Part shown: positions 13,491-25,096 of the stretch, in pieces | Layout: every line of letters starts with the position of its first letter | Numbering within the stretch: position 1 is the first letter of the stretch | Assembly (NCBI RefSeq): GCF_006345805.1 | Contig: NC_043002.1 | Span: 81,840,001-81,904,000 of the forward strand | Reading direction: 5' to 3' | Source of the DNA: Octopus sinensis | Taxonomy: Eukaryota | Length of the DNA stretch: 64,000 bases | The notes under the pieces: generated by a model | Databases searched by the model: none | What the model was told of the DNA's origin: nothing | Seen by the model: only the letters and a program-made list of their open reading frames with translations | Made by a program: the position numbers and the translations under genes

Positions 13491-13934
13491 TTGAGCCAAC
13501 AAAAGGAACCTCTGTGTGGCCAACTTCAACTTGTTAGAAATAGCTGTCAAGTCATTCTCAAGTCACACCTTGCAACCTTTAAAAAGAGAATGGTAGAATT
13601 AGATGTAGCTCTAGACAGACTATCTAAGAAAAGTAGACAGGATGGTCATTGATGAACTTCATTTGATCGTAGGTTTATTCAGTCAGTGCTAAATGCTTCA
13701 ATGGAGGGATCACATAAATATGCAAGGAGCACAGTTTGTGACTGCAATTCCTATTGACTGCCTCTGGTTCATTGAAACAAACTTATGAATTTTCATCAGA
13801 TATGAATTATAACTTTGCTATTAAAATTTCTTATCAATTTATGCTCTGAATCCTGTCATTTCCAAAATTAATTGAAACGAAGGCAGCGTATTTCAACAGA
13901 AATATAGCAACTAAATTAATTTGAGCTTTCCAAG

Positions 13935-14195
13935 GCCCACCCACCACAAAAGAATTGAGATCCTAAAACCAAGGTGCCATGTAAAAAGCATTAGTGTGGG
14001 TGCTGATAGCCATGTTAAAAAAGTACCCAGTACACTACATAGAATGGTTGGTGTTAGGAAGTGCATCCGACAGTAGAAACCAAACCAATACAAACTATGG
14101 AACCTGGTGTGAGCCCTGGCCTTGCCAGTTCCTGTGAAACTGTCCAGCCTAAGCCAGCATGGAAAATGGACGTTAAATGATGATCATGATCATGA
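13935..14195 (+). mobile_element. SINE-like family C copy with RTE-type tail
   Basis: ggtgccatgtaaaaagca...ggttggtgttaggaagtgcatcc...ccagcatggaaaatggacgttaaatgatgat. Further copies at 2230, 10845, 19693, 30232, 44413, 52221. Confidence 0.8.
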
Positions 14196-16875
14196 TCGTC
14201 CATTTTGCTTTACTTCTTCAGTTTATGGACTTGAGTTTTCATCCAGCAGAATTAAAATGATTGTATGGTTTTCTTCTGAAGGAATCTTCTTGTTCTTCTC
14301 ATAATGTATATAAACTTATTCAACTCATGACAAGTCTCTATGTAACTTTTTTTTTTTCTTTCTTTTGTTGACAAAATTAACCTGAACTTAATTTTTTAAT
14401 TTTGTTTTTCATTTTGGGTCTTCTGATATAGTTTTCTGGCTAGCTCCAGTCTGCTCGGATCAGACAGGCAGACAGTAGTCAAAAGGTGTCCCTTTGGACT
14501 GTTGTTGGTGTTCACACACACACACACAGAATTAAATATGCTCTGCATGTAATGCTCAGAGCAAGCCTATTGTTTGATTTATTTTTCTAGCCATGACAGT
14601 TAAATTGTAGTAACACCGAGATTTGTATAAAAGTTTCGACCTACCAAAATAAATACTGATGCACACTCGCACACACACTAATTTCTATCTATGTCTTCAA
14701 TTCTAAGACAACATATTTTGATGCCTCTATTTTTAATATGCAAATAATTTCGGCTCCATCTATGCTTTGTGTGTTTGTTGTTATGTCTTGTATGTAGACA
14801 CCTTTGCAACAAACATTTTTATAAATCAAACAAATAAATCTCTCAGTTCACTGGAGTTTTTTTTTTTTCATATTTTAATCTTTTGTTTTTCTTTTGTATT
14901 TACCTTTTTGTTGTTTGTGAAATTATTAAATCATAGCATTTAGAAAAACAGCTCAGATGTTCGGGCCATGATATTTGATTTTTCGACACTGAGAGCTGTT
15001 TCAAACATCTGCCATATTCTTTTGAGATATACTCGCTAACTTTGTCTCTCATATGTGCTGCATGTATGTATATGTGTGTGTATAACTTTTGTGTGTGTCT
15101 GTCTGTATGTATGTATGTATGTATATATATAATATATATATATATATGTATATGCTTGTGTGAACATATGAGTATGTATGTATTTGGCTGACTGTGTTGT
15201 TCCTGTATACTTCTTAAACAACTATCTTTTCCATGATTCCAAAATTACCATAAGAAGAAAAAAAAAAAAGAAGCATTTTTAGAAATAAAGTTGTTGTATT
15301 TGTATACTAGATTATAGTGTTAAGTCTTGGTTTGATAGTTCTTCACTAAATTAGGCTCTGTGTGTGTGTGTGTACTGCTCATGCTATTCTTTACTAGAAT
15401 AAACTGTGTTTTTGTATGTGTAAGCATGTAGTTGTGTAATGTGTACGTATATATGTATGCATGTGTGTGTGTGTGTGTATATATATGTATATATATATAT
15501 ATATATAAACACACACACACAACACACATATATGCGGGTGTATAAGTATGTGTATAAATGCTTAAATGTTTGTGTGTATGTATGCAACCATATGGATGTG
15601 AGAGCATGTATACATAAATACACAGACATATATAATGCCTAATGTTTGTAGATGTATGTGTACATGTATGTATGTATCAATAATGCCACAGCTATCCTGT
15701 GATTGGCTGCAACAGTGTGATTTCTAGACTAATGTGTATATCAATAACAGTATGGCTATTCTACACCAAGCCTGGGCTATATATCATTGATTGTGTATGA
15801 CTATTCCATGCTAGACTAGGGATACCTATCAGCGTTTTTATAACTGATCTATACTACCTACCCTATCAGCATTGCTGTGTTTGAGAACTCTGGGAGTTAT
15901 CAGCGAACATTACATTACAACTGAGATTATTTATTGAAGAAATATCTTGGTCTTAGCTGCAGTCTGCTTATCATAAAAATAATAATAATAAACAACAACT
16001 ACGAAAAAAAAAAGAGAGAGAGAAAAAAAATAACAACCAAAATTTGGTTCCAGTTTTATATCAGAAATAATAAAAGACAAGCAACCTACCAGAGTCTATT
16101 GATTGGTAATCTGGCTTCTATTGTAACATAGGCCATGTAGTAGAACGACCGTTTCTATGTGGGAAGGAGTTAATGGAATCTATTATTTGACGGTTCCTTT
16201 TGTTGACCGTTCCACAAGAATTATGCTAAATGCATAATTTTTCAATTAGTTTGTTTTATGCTTGGTTAGTGTTGACTGGAGATTAAATTTATTTGCTGCG
16301 TTTTCCAAATTAACAGATTTTTGCCTTTCCACCGGTGCAATGAATGAATGTTGACTGGAGAGAGAGAGAGAGAGAGAGAGAGAAGGAACCCCAGGCCAAA
16401 CACACCGAGTGAAATATATTTCGGCTGCTCTGTTGGGTCATAGTTATATCCATATTTTCTATAGCTCATTATTAAATTGGAGATGAGCTCAATGCTGGTT
16501 TTTGGAAGCATTTTTATGTCTGCATCTTTGAGCAGCATTCGCCTCTTTCTCTCCGACCACCACCACTACCACCACCCTCCCTCCCTCCCGGCACAGGCAC
16601 TGTCAGCAGCCTTGGTTTCATCACTGCCATATGCTAGGTCGCATGCTCCCTAGCATTACGCAGCAAACCTCGACAAACGCTAGTCGGTGGATGAATAAGT
16701 TTGCGCGCATGCGTGTGTATGTATGCATGTATGTGTGTGTGTGTGTGTGTGTGAGTGTGCATGAAGGATATGCAAAAGGTTTGTTTTAGTGGTCGCAGGT
16801 TTGTGAAAGTGAGTCTCTCTTCTATCCCTCCCTCCCTCCCTCCCTACTCTTATGCTGTGTATTCTTTCCTCCACC

Positions 16876-16909
<34 letters not shown>

Positions 16910-17966
16910 TTTCTTCTGTTAAAGCTATTGCTGCTGTCATGGTTAACTCTCCCCAATGTAAATGTGAAGAGAACTCAATTGTTCTGGAGTCATGTATTAC
17001 TTGATTGGCATTTATTGATTTTTTTTATACTTCTCCTCTTCCTCCACACTCTACCTTACACCTTCCATTTCTCTTCTCTCCTCTTCCTCCTCCCTAACCC
17101 ATTACTGACTTGTTTCAATGTCTTGCACCCCAACCTTGTCTTTCTATCTCAGCCATATCGTTCTTCTTATAGTCTGTATTTAGTGGTGTGAAAATGTTCA
17201 GCAATGAGATAGGCTTCTTCTTTTTTTTCTTTCTTTTTTTTTTGTCATTTTTTATTTTTATTTCATAGTTTTATTTCATTTCACTTAAAAAAAAAAAAGA
17301 GAGAGAGAGAGAGAGATAGAAAAGAAAGAAAAATTTAATAGCATCAAAGTTAATTTATTTGCTTCAAACTTGACTGGGTTTTGGGAAAATTTTTTACCAA
17401 ATTTGCATCGTGATTGCTTTGAAAATGGCTTCCTTGAAGTAAATAAGTTTTCACTTTCAGCAAGTCTTCATCTGAACTACTTTGAACGTTATGGTACATG
17501 CACTGGTTATAGTTGTTCCTACTGTGTGTGTGTGTTTTTACATATGCACTCACACCTCTTGGAAAGGGTTAATGCTTTCAGGAATTATTCTTCTTTTGAA
17601 CGAAAACAATTATAAACTGGAACAGACCCAATCTTACCTCAGTGATTCAATTCATAGTATAATTTATATACATATCCTATAAGGGCAGTGAAGTGGCAGT
17701 CATTAGAATGCTGGACAGAATGCTTTGTGTCATTTTGTCCATCGTTACATCCTGGCTCACCTTTCCCTTTAATCCCTTTGGGGGGTCAATAAAGTATGTT
17801 ACCAGTTGAGCACAGGGGTTGATGTAATCGACTAAGCCCATTTCCCTCAAAATTTCAGGCCTTGTAGTCCATAGTAGAAAGGATAACTTTTACAGGATTA
17901 TCCTGATTCAGAGGAAGCTTTAGCTGTGACCAGCTCATCTTTTAATCAGACATTGTGTATCTAGAA

Positions 17967-18188
17967 CGGGTGGGCGAACTTTTTTGATCGCGGGCCGCAC
18001 AGTGCGTCTTTGGAACCTTGGCGGGCCTCATTTATAAAAATCAAGTGAAAATATTTTTAAAGGCGGTTATAGACCTATAAACACACAATTGATTGAAAGG
18101 AAATTTTGTGAAATATTCCTCTCGGCGGGCCGCATGAAAACCTATGGCGGGCCGCATGCGGCCGCAGGCCGTAGTTTGCCCACCCCTG
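17967..18188. mobile_element. hAT-type MITE with 8-bp TSD ATCTAGAA
   Basis: TIRs cgggtgggcgaact / agtttgcccacccctg, GC-rich gcgggccgca subterminal repeats, exact TSD at 17959-17966 and 18189-18196. Interrupts a family F repeat. Confidence 0.9.
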
Positions 18189-18599
18189 ATCTAGAACTAT
18201 ATTGTCCATTGTGGTTTTCCCTTTTTTTCTTCTCCAGTCTGTAAAAGAGATTGCACTGCTATTTCTTAAAGATCAAATGAACAAGCACACAGAAACAGCA
18301 TCATCTCGTTAGCTTGTAATCAATACCAGTAACACAGCTACTATCAGCCGATTGTGTAGAGGCTTTCTCATTTGGTTATTGTTGTTTATAGCTCCTGGTC
18401 AGATCTGATCATGCAGATCTGTGAATGAACGATGACTGTTATCTTAGTAGTCAATACTGTGCATTCCTTATAATATCAATTTCTGCTTTAGATACATGGT
18501 GAAGTTTAAATGGTTTATAGATGTGGGGGAATGTGTGAGGTTTCATATTTAGTTAATTTCAGTCCCAGTATGTTCCGAATTTAGGAGGTCAGGTTGGTG

Positions 18600-18708
18600 G
18601 TGGTAGTGGTCTGACTTTAGAACATCATCATCATCATCATCATCGTTTAGCGTCCACTTTCCATTAAACGATGATGATGATGATGTTCTAAAGTCAGACC
18701 ACCACCAC
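18600..18708. repeat. Fold-back inverted repeat (arms about 50 and 44 bp, 15-nt loop)
   Basis: gtggtagtggtctgactttagaa(cat)7cgttta - gcgtccactttccat - taaacg(atg)5ttctaaagtcagaccaccaccac. Confidence 0.95.
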
Positions 18709-18791
18709 AAAATTAAGATATTATAGGTGGGGTATTTAGTCAAATTGCTCTGCAATTCCTGCCAGTTTTGTCATCTATATTGTGTTGTATT

Positions 18792-19011
18792 CCTTTTGCA
18801 TTTAAACTGATCATATGAGGTCCAAATATCTTAACACTTTTAAGTTTAAACTGGTCTGATCCAGCCTGTCACACCTACCCTACAATGTCATTCTAAAAAT
18901 AATTAGTGGACACCATCAAAATCTTGACCTTCAAGATAATGCATGATTAATTCACAAAATAATCTGGATATAAGTATTATATATTAGAGAGAGTAATCTG
19001 GAGGCTAACAT

Positions 19012-19012
<1 letters not shown>
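18792..19012. mobile_element. piggyBac-type MITE family D, degenerate copy
   Basis: Internal cacacctaccctacaatgtcattctaaaaat shared with 23741-23969. Confidence 0.75.
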
Positions 19013-19075
<63 letters not shown>

Positions 19076-19692
19076 CATACAGGATGTCACCAACTCCTCA
19101 TATGCTTGAAATGAGGAGTAGATAGACAGCAAACAACTGATGAAAGGTCGTTCTTTGTGTTACTTGTCCTGCTTTCCATTTTTCCCCACCTCTTGTTTGC
19201 TTATTTTACTCATTTGTTTTTGTACTTCATATTCTTTACTATTGGTGGTGTCCCGTACCCATATATGCATATATATATATAATTCTGGCTCATTACATTT
19301 TGAGCTCAAATCTTGCTGAGGTCAACTCTGCTGTTTGTTTTGCCATTATCTATAAAATTACTACCAGTCAAGTACAGAGATTAATATAATTGATTATTTC
19401 CTTCTCAAATTTCTTGACATATGCCTATGTTAGAAATCATTATTATAGAAACCAGTTGTAGTTTTACCAGGAGTTCTGAGTTCAAATCTTGCTAGGATTT
19501 TGCTCTTTCATTTTTCTCTACTTGCTACAATAAATACCATCAACTTCAAGGGTCAATATAATTGAATATATCCATCCTTCATGAATGTTTCTTTGTGCCT
19601 GTTAAAAATTATGTATTTATTTTATTTTAGTTCATATTTTTTCTGGTAAAAAGGGCAACATTATTGTTCTTTAGTATGTCCTCCTACACTTA

Positions 19693-19905
19693 TCATCATC
19701 CTCATCATCATTTAACATCCGTTTTCCATGCTAGCATAGGTCGGATGGTTCGACAGAAGGTGTGAACCAGAGAACCCACTAAGGTCAAAATGTTTATTTT
19801 GGCATGTGGCAGGATGCCCTTCCTAATAATGCCAACCAGTTTATAGAGTGTACTGCGTACATTTTATGTGGCACCAGCACTAGTGAGGTCACCAAGTCAC
19901 AAGAC
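19693..19905 (-). mobile_element. SINE-like family C copy
   Basis: (cat)n ttaacatccgttttccatgctagcatagg...ggatgcccttcctaa...gccaacc. Confidence 0.8.
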
Positions 19906-20289
19906 AAGATAAAGAACAATAATGGAGTGGAAGCAAACTATTGGAAATTAATATTCTTTTAAGAAATTCATTTATTATGTTAGGCATAATCCATATTAAC
20001 ATGATTGGAACTTTGTAAATTGCTTGCTTGGCTGAGGTCTAAAATGGGGTCAAAGTTTACTTGTTACACAGCTGAAATTTGGTTTACCACAATTTAAGAT
20101 GTGCTGATGGTAAATAGCATTAAACAAAATGTCTGCAATTTGTCCTTTGAGAAATATTATGGGGGCAACAATGTAACCTAACTGACCAAGAATCATCAAA
20201 AGGTGGAGTGGCTAACCCTAATCAAATTGACCCATGTTCAAATCCATAACCCTCTATACTTGCGAGTGTGTGTGTATACATATTCTTTT

Positions 20290-20643
20290 ACTTGTTTCAG
20301 TCATTTGACTGTGGCCATGCTGGAGCACTGCCTTTTGTCGAACAACTCAATCTCAGGACTTATATTTTGTAAGCCTAGTACTTATTCTGTCGGTCTCTTT
20401 TGCCGAACTGCAAAGTTACAGGGATGAAAAGAAATCAACATCAGTTGTCAAGCATTGGTGGGAGGGGGCACACACACACACGCACACGCGATGGGCTTCT
20501 TTCAGTTTCTGTCTACCAAATCCACTCACAAAGCTTTGGTTGGCCTAAAGGCTATAGTAAAAGACACTTGCCCAAGGTGCCACGCAGTGGGACTGAACCT
20601 GGAACTATGTGGTTGGGAAGCAAGCTTCTTACCACACAGCCAC
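20290..20643 (-). mobile_element. SINE family A, full length
   Basis: Colinear with 6080-6455 and 45508-45870. Confidence 0.9.
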
Positions 20644-20698
20644 ACGATATATATTTGCCTATGTGTGTGTGTGCCTATATATAAATGGGTGTATGTTT

Positions 20699-20755
<57 letters not shown>

Positions 20756-21519
20756 CATGTGTATATACATGCATGCGCATACAAATGTATGTATCATTTA
20801 TAGTTTAATTTAGTCCTTCTGCGACAGCTATTTCAAATATCATTTTCTTTCTTTTTTTTCAAAATTGTTGTAAAAGTGAGCATTATCTTAAATTTTTGTC
20901 ATTTTTTTCCCCCCTTGAACATATCATCCCAAATTTCACCAAACTCTCTTTATTTCTTCTTCTTCTTCATCTTTTTCTTCTTCTCTTCTTAGTGGGTTAC
21001 TACACTAAATTATACTTGAAAGAAAAATGTTTCAAGATATTTTAGCAATTATAATTGAATTGCAGGAGGAGAAGGCAAAAAAGTAAATAAAAAAAAGAAG
21101 AAAAAAAAAAGAAAGAAATTATGTGGTAGAATTTCTACTGTTTTATTTGACGTGGCGGTGGTTGGAAGGTACAGAAATTATATATATTGTATAACGAGAA
21201 AGATGATTCCCACCCCTCTTTCTTTCTTTCTTTCTTTCTTTTTTATTTTTTATATTGCCTATTTCAGAAATGAACAAAGCATATTTGAGCAGGACGTCTA
21301 TTAATGGTGGGGCATAATTGGTGTCTTGGTGGATACTAATTTTACAGCTGTTACAGTTAACTTCATCACCATTCTTTCTCCTCCATTGCTTCTGGCTAGT
21401 CCTGCCTAATTTTGGTCGAATATAGTATTAAGACTGAAAGAAGGAGAAGAAGAAAAAAGAAAGAGGAAAATGATAATAATAATAATGATAATAATAATAA
21501 TGCCGATGATGATAAATAG

Positions 21520-21552
<33 letters not shown>

Positions 21553-22124
21553 CCCCAATCAGTGCTGATGGCTTTCTTTTTGCTCACACACCTTCTTTGT
21601 AATTATAACACTGTGATGTGAAGGATTATAATTCTATATAATTCTGCATAGTGAGTTTTTTCTTCTTCTTCTTTCCTTTCCTCTCTCTCTCTCTCTCTCT
21701 CATTTTCTTTATCTTTGTAATTCCTTACTGTTCGGTTGTAGTATTATATCTTCTTCATCCACCGAACATGATTCTAGCAGATTTTGATGATTGAGTTTCT
21801 CTTTCAGTTGACAATTACCAAGGCAGCTGTCATTTCATTTCTCTGAGGAATTTCACTTTACACTAACTTTGTCTTGTCAAGTGAATCTAACAACTTCGTG
21901 TTTTGTTCTTAAACTGTCTTATGTGCATTTCTGCCATTTTATTATTTTTTTTTTTAGTTCAGGAAATTTATTAAATTTAACTGATTAAAAGTAAGTTATT
22001 TGTTAGAGTTTGTTTGTTTCACCACACTTCTCCTCAATGTTTTTCTTTTTTACTTGACTCTTTTTTCATAGAAAGATATTTTTATTATATCAAAATTGAT
22101 AATAAACAATAATAAGCCATGCTT

Positions 22125-23055
22125 ATTATTATTATTATTATTGTTATTATTTGAAATGTTTGGTGGTATTTTGTCTGTCACTATGTTCTGGGTTCAAGTT
22201 CTGCCGAGGTCGACTTTGCCTTTCATCCTCTCAGGGTCAATAAAATAAGTACCAGTTGATCATTGGGGTTGATGTAATCGACTTATCCCACTGCCCCCCC
22301 CCCTGAAATTACTGGTTTGGTGCCAAAATTTGAAGCTATCACTACTACTACCACTACTGCTGCTGCTACTGCTATTACCACTTCTAGTTATTGTAGTTGG
22401 TGTTGTTCTGAGATTTTTTTCCTTTTCTTTCATGAAGCCTCTTGTTTTTAATCTTCTTTTTCTTCACCACCACTACCACCAGCTGGTAGAATTATTAGCA
22501 CGTGGCTGTTTCATCTGCCTTTACATTCTTGGCTCAAATTCTACCATGGTCAACATTGCTGTTCATCCTTCCGATGTAGGCAAAACAGGTATCAGTCAGA
22601 TGCTGGGGTCAGTGTAATCAACTTCTCTCTACCTCCCGCCAAAAACTTTCTGGCTCTGTAACAAAATTATTGTTGTTGTTGTTGTTGTTATTATTATTCC
22701 ACTGAGGTCAACTTTACCCTTCATCCTTTCGGGGTCAATTAAATAAGTACCAGTTACACACTGGGGTCAATGTAATTGATTTAATCTCTTCCCTCAAATT
22801 TGAGGCCTTGTGCTTCCATAGAAAGAATTACTGATGTTGTTGTTATTGTTATAGTGGTCAGGTGGCAGAATTCCTACTGTGTTGATTAGAATGCTTTGTG
22901 ACATTTTGTTTGTCTTTACATTCTGAGTTCAAATTCTACCAAGGTCGATTTTGCCTTTCATCCTTTCGGGGTTGATAAAATAAGTACCAGTTGCATACTA
23001 GGGTTGATGTAATCAACCAGCCTCCTGCCCCAAAATTTCAGATCTTGAGCCTATA
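22125..23055 (+). mobile_element. Head-to-tail cluster of about four SINE family B copies separated by (TTA)/(TTG)/(CTA)n
   Basis: Repeated ctttcatcctttcggggtc...aataagtaccagtt...ggggttgatgtaatc cores near 22215, 22555, 22715 and 22950. Confidence 0.85.
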
Positions 23056-23255
23056 AGACCGCTCGTGTGTGTGTATGTATCTTCTGTTCTGAGCATTGCT
23101 TTTGATGGTGTTCTCTATTATTCATATCCTGTCAACAGATTGTCTGGTACTTTCCCCCCACTGCCTTCCTCTCTTGACTAAGCTATTTAAAAAAATGCGT
23201 AAAAGATTTTAATTGTATATGGTATCTTCTGCTTCAAATTAATGTTTTATGATGT

Positions 23256-23449
23256 TTAAGCCTTTAACATTTAAACCGACCATATCCAGCCTCTGACACC
23301 TACACCTACCCTACAATGTTATCCTAAAAATAAACAGCCACATCATCAAAATCTTGAAGCTATGAGATTAATGGATGATCTATTCAAAACAATGTGAATA
23401 AAATAAGTATTATACATTTGATAGAGTAATCTGAATGCTAAAAGGATAA
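23256..23449. mobile_element. MITE family D copy, internally deleted
   Basis: ttaagcctttaacatttaaacc...ctgaatgctaaaagg. Confidence 0.8.
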
Positions 23450-23740
23450 ATATGATCTATAAATGTACAGTGCAACCAGGCATCACTTGTGCACAAATGT
23501 TGCTTGGTAACTTGCAGACTGGAGCAATGTGGAACAAAGTATTCTGCTTAAAAACACATGTCTCCCTGATCAAGAATTGAACCCATAACCATCCGATCAT
23601 GAGCCAAACACTAACTTCTTGTCAACAATGCCTTCACACTGGTAAACTATAGTTTACTTGTATTTACTGGTGACGGCAGATTTGTAAGTTAACCTTGATG
23701 TATCTTTATGGTTCTGATTATCGGATACAAGTTTGCTGTA

Positions 23741-23969
23741 TTAACCCTTTAGCATTTAAACCGGCCATATCCGGCCAAAAGTATTCTGCCTGTTTTATGT
23801 TCAGACTGGCCAGATCTGGTCTCTCACACCAACCCTACAATATCGTTTTAAAAATTAACAGCTACCTCATCATAATCTCATAGCACCAAGATAATGCCTG
23901 ATTAGTTCAAAACAATGTGGATAAAAAAGCATTAATTTTGGCAGAATAATGTGAACACTAAAGGGTTAA
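23741..23969. mobile_element. piggyBac-type MITE family D, full length, TTAA-flanked
   Basis: TTAA-ccctttagca ... cactaaaggg-TTAA. CCC/GGG ends with TTAA TSD are piggyBac hallmarks. Confidence 0.88.
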
Positions 23970-24448
23970 AATTTATTATTTTTATACTACTTATGTAGTA
24001 TTGATCAAGGTTGAGTGTAGAATTTCCACTGGAATTTTACTCTGGCAGCAACTTATTCAATTTAAAAGTTCATTTTTTTTTTTACTCACCACTTTGTTAA
24101 TTAGCCCGATCTTCTTTTGCTGCTATGTAACAAGCTATTAAAATATGTTTATCTGATTAAGCAACTTGTTATATTGTACTGTGTAACAAATTGGATTTGT
24201 TTTTAATTTTCTGTTTCACATAATTCTTAGAAATACACTCAACTTGCTACATTGAAGATTGTTGCTGGGTCTGCTGTGGAAGCCTTTTTTTTTTCTTTCT
24301 TCTAAATCAGGATAAATATGTCAGACTTGTGCGCCTGTAATATATGATTTCTAGCATAAAAACTATATTGGTATCCAGTGTAATTCTGTCAAAGAAAAAA
24401 ATGAGGAAATCCTATCTTGAAATGGTATTCTTGTAGAGGTTAGGTTAA

Positions 24449-24652
24449 TTAACCCTTTTGACAAAGCAAACTTCTTGTTTTAAAGTAACCGAAATTAAAA
24501 TCCTTTGTTAATTTATATTCCAAATGCCAACCTAATTATGATAAAGTTATTTTACTAAATTCTTCATTTTATTATTATTTTACTAAATTCTTCAAAATCA
24601 ATTGAAACGAAGGCAGTGTATTTTAACAGAAATATTACATCAAAAGTGTTAA
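24449..24652. mobile_element. piggyBac-type MITE, family E-related
   Basis: TTAA-cccttttga ... tcaaaagtg-TTAA; internal aagttattttactaaattctt shared with 27689-27917. Related pieces at 13765, 37003, 37880. Confidence 0.75.
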
Positions 24653-24668
24653 AAAATATCCACACAAC

Positions 24669-25096
24669 CAGGGCCGGATTAAGACCCATCGAAACCCGAA
24701 GCCCTTAAAATATTTTGGTGCCCACATAAAAAATTATGTAATTCAAAATAGAAGCAACAACAAACCATAAAATAAATTTTTATTTTTCAAAATGAAACGA
24801 AACAGTAAGAGGGAAAGTAATGTTTATTTTTGTATACTTCCACTTTATTTATTTTTTGAAAAGTTTCCTCCTACTTTTTTGAATTGCAAAGTCTTTGATC
24901 AGATCTTCAAAATTAATCTTAGGTAACACATCTGCATCTATACTTAGCAGAGGTAAAGGCATCCTGAATAATATTTCAGCAAGTTTAAGGTGATTTATTT
25001 TGTGCCGTGGACTATTTACCATTTCTGTGGTGCCCCCATCTTCCCTTGATGCCCTAAGCATGTGCTTATTTTTGCTTAATGGTTAATCTAGCACTG
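24669..25096 (-). mobile_element. Internally deleted hAT transposon retaining the transposase C-terminus
   Basis: TIRs cagggccggattaa / ttaatctagcactg; 8-bp TSD cacacaac / catacaac; minus ORF ends LLSIDADVLPKINFEDLIKDFAIQKSRRK, typical of the hAT dimerisation-domain tail. Confidence 0.88.

Noticed and set aside
19085-19150. GAAA...CTGATGA arrangement suggesting a type II hammerhead
   Set aside because: Stems I and III cannot be built convincingly.
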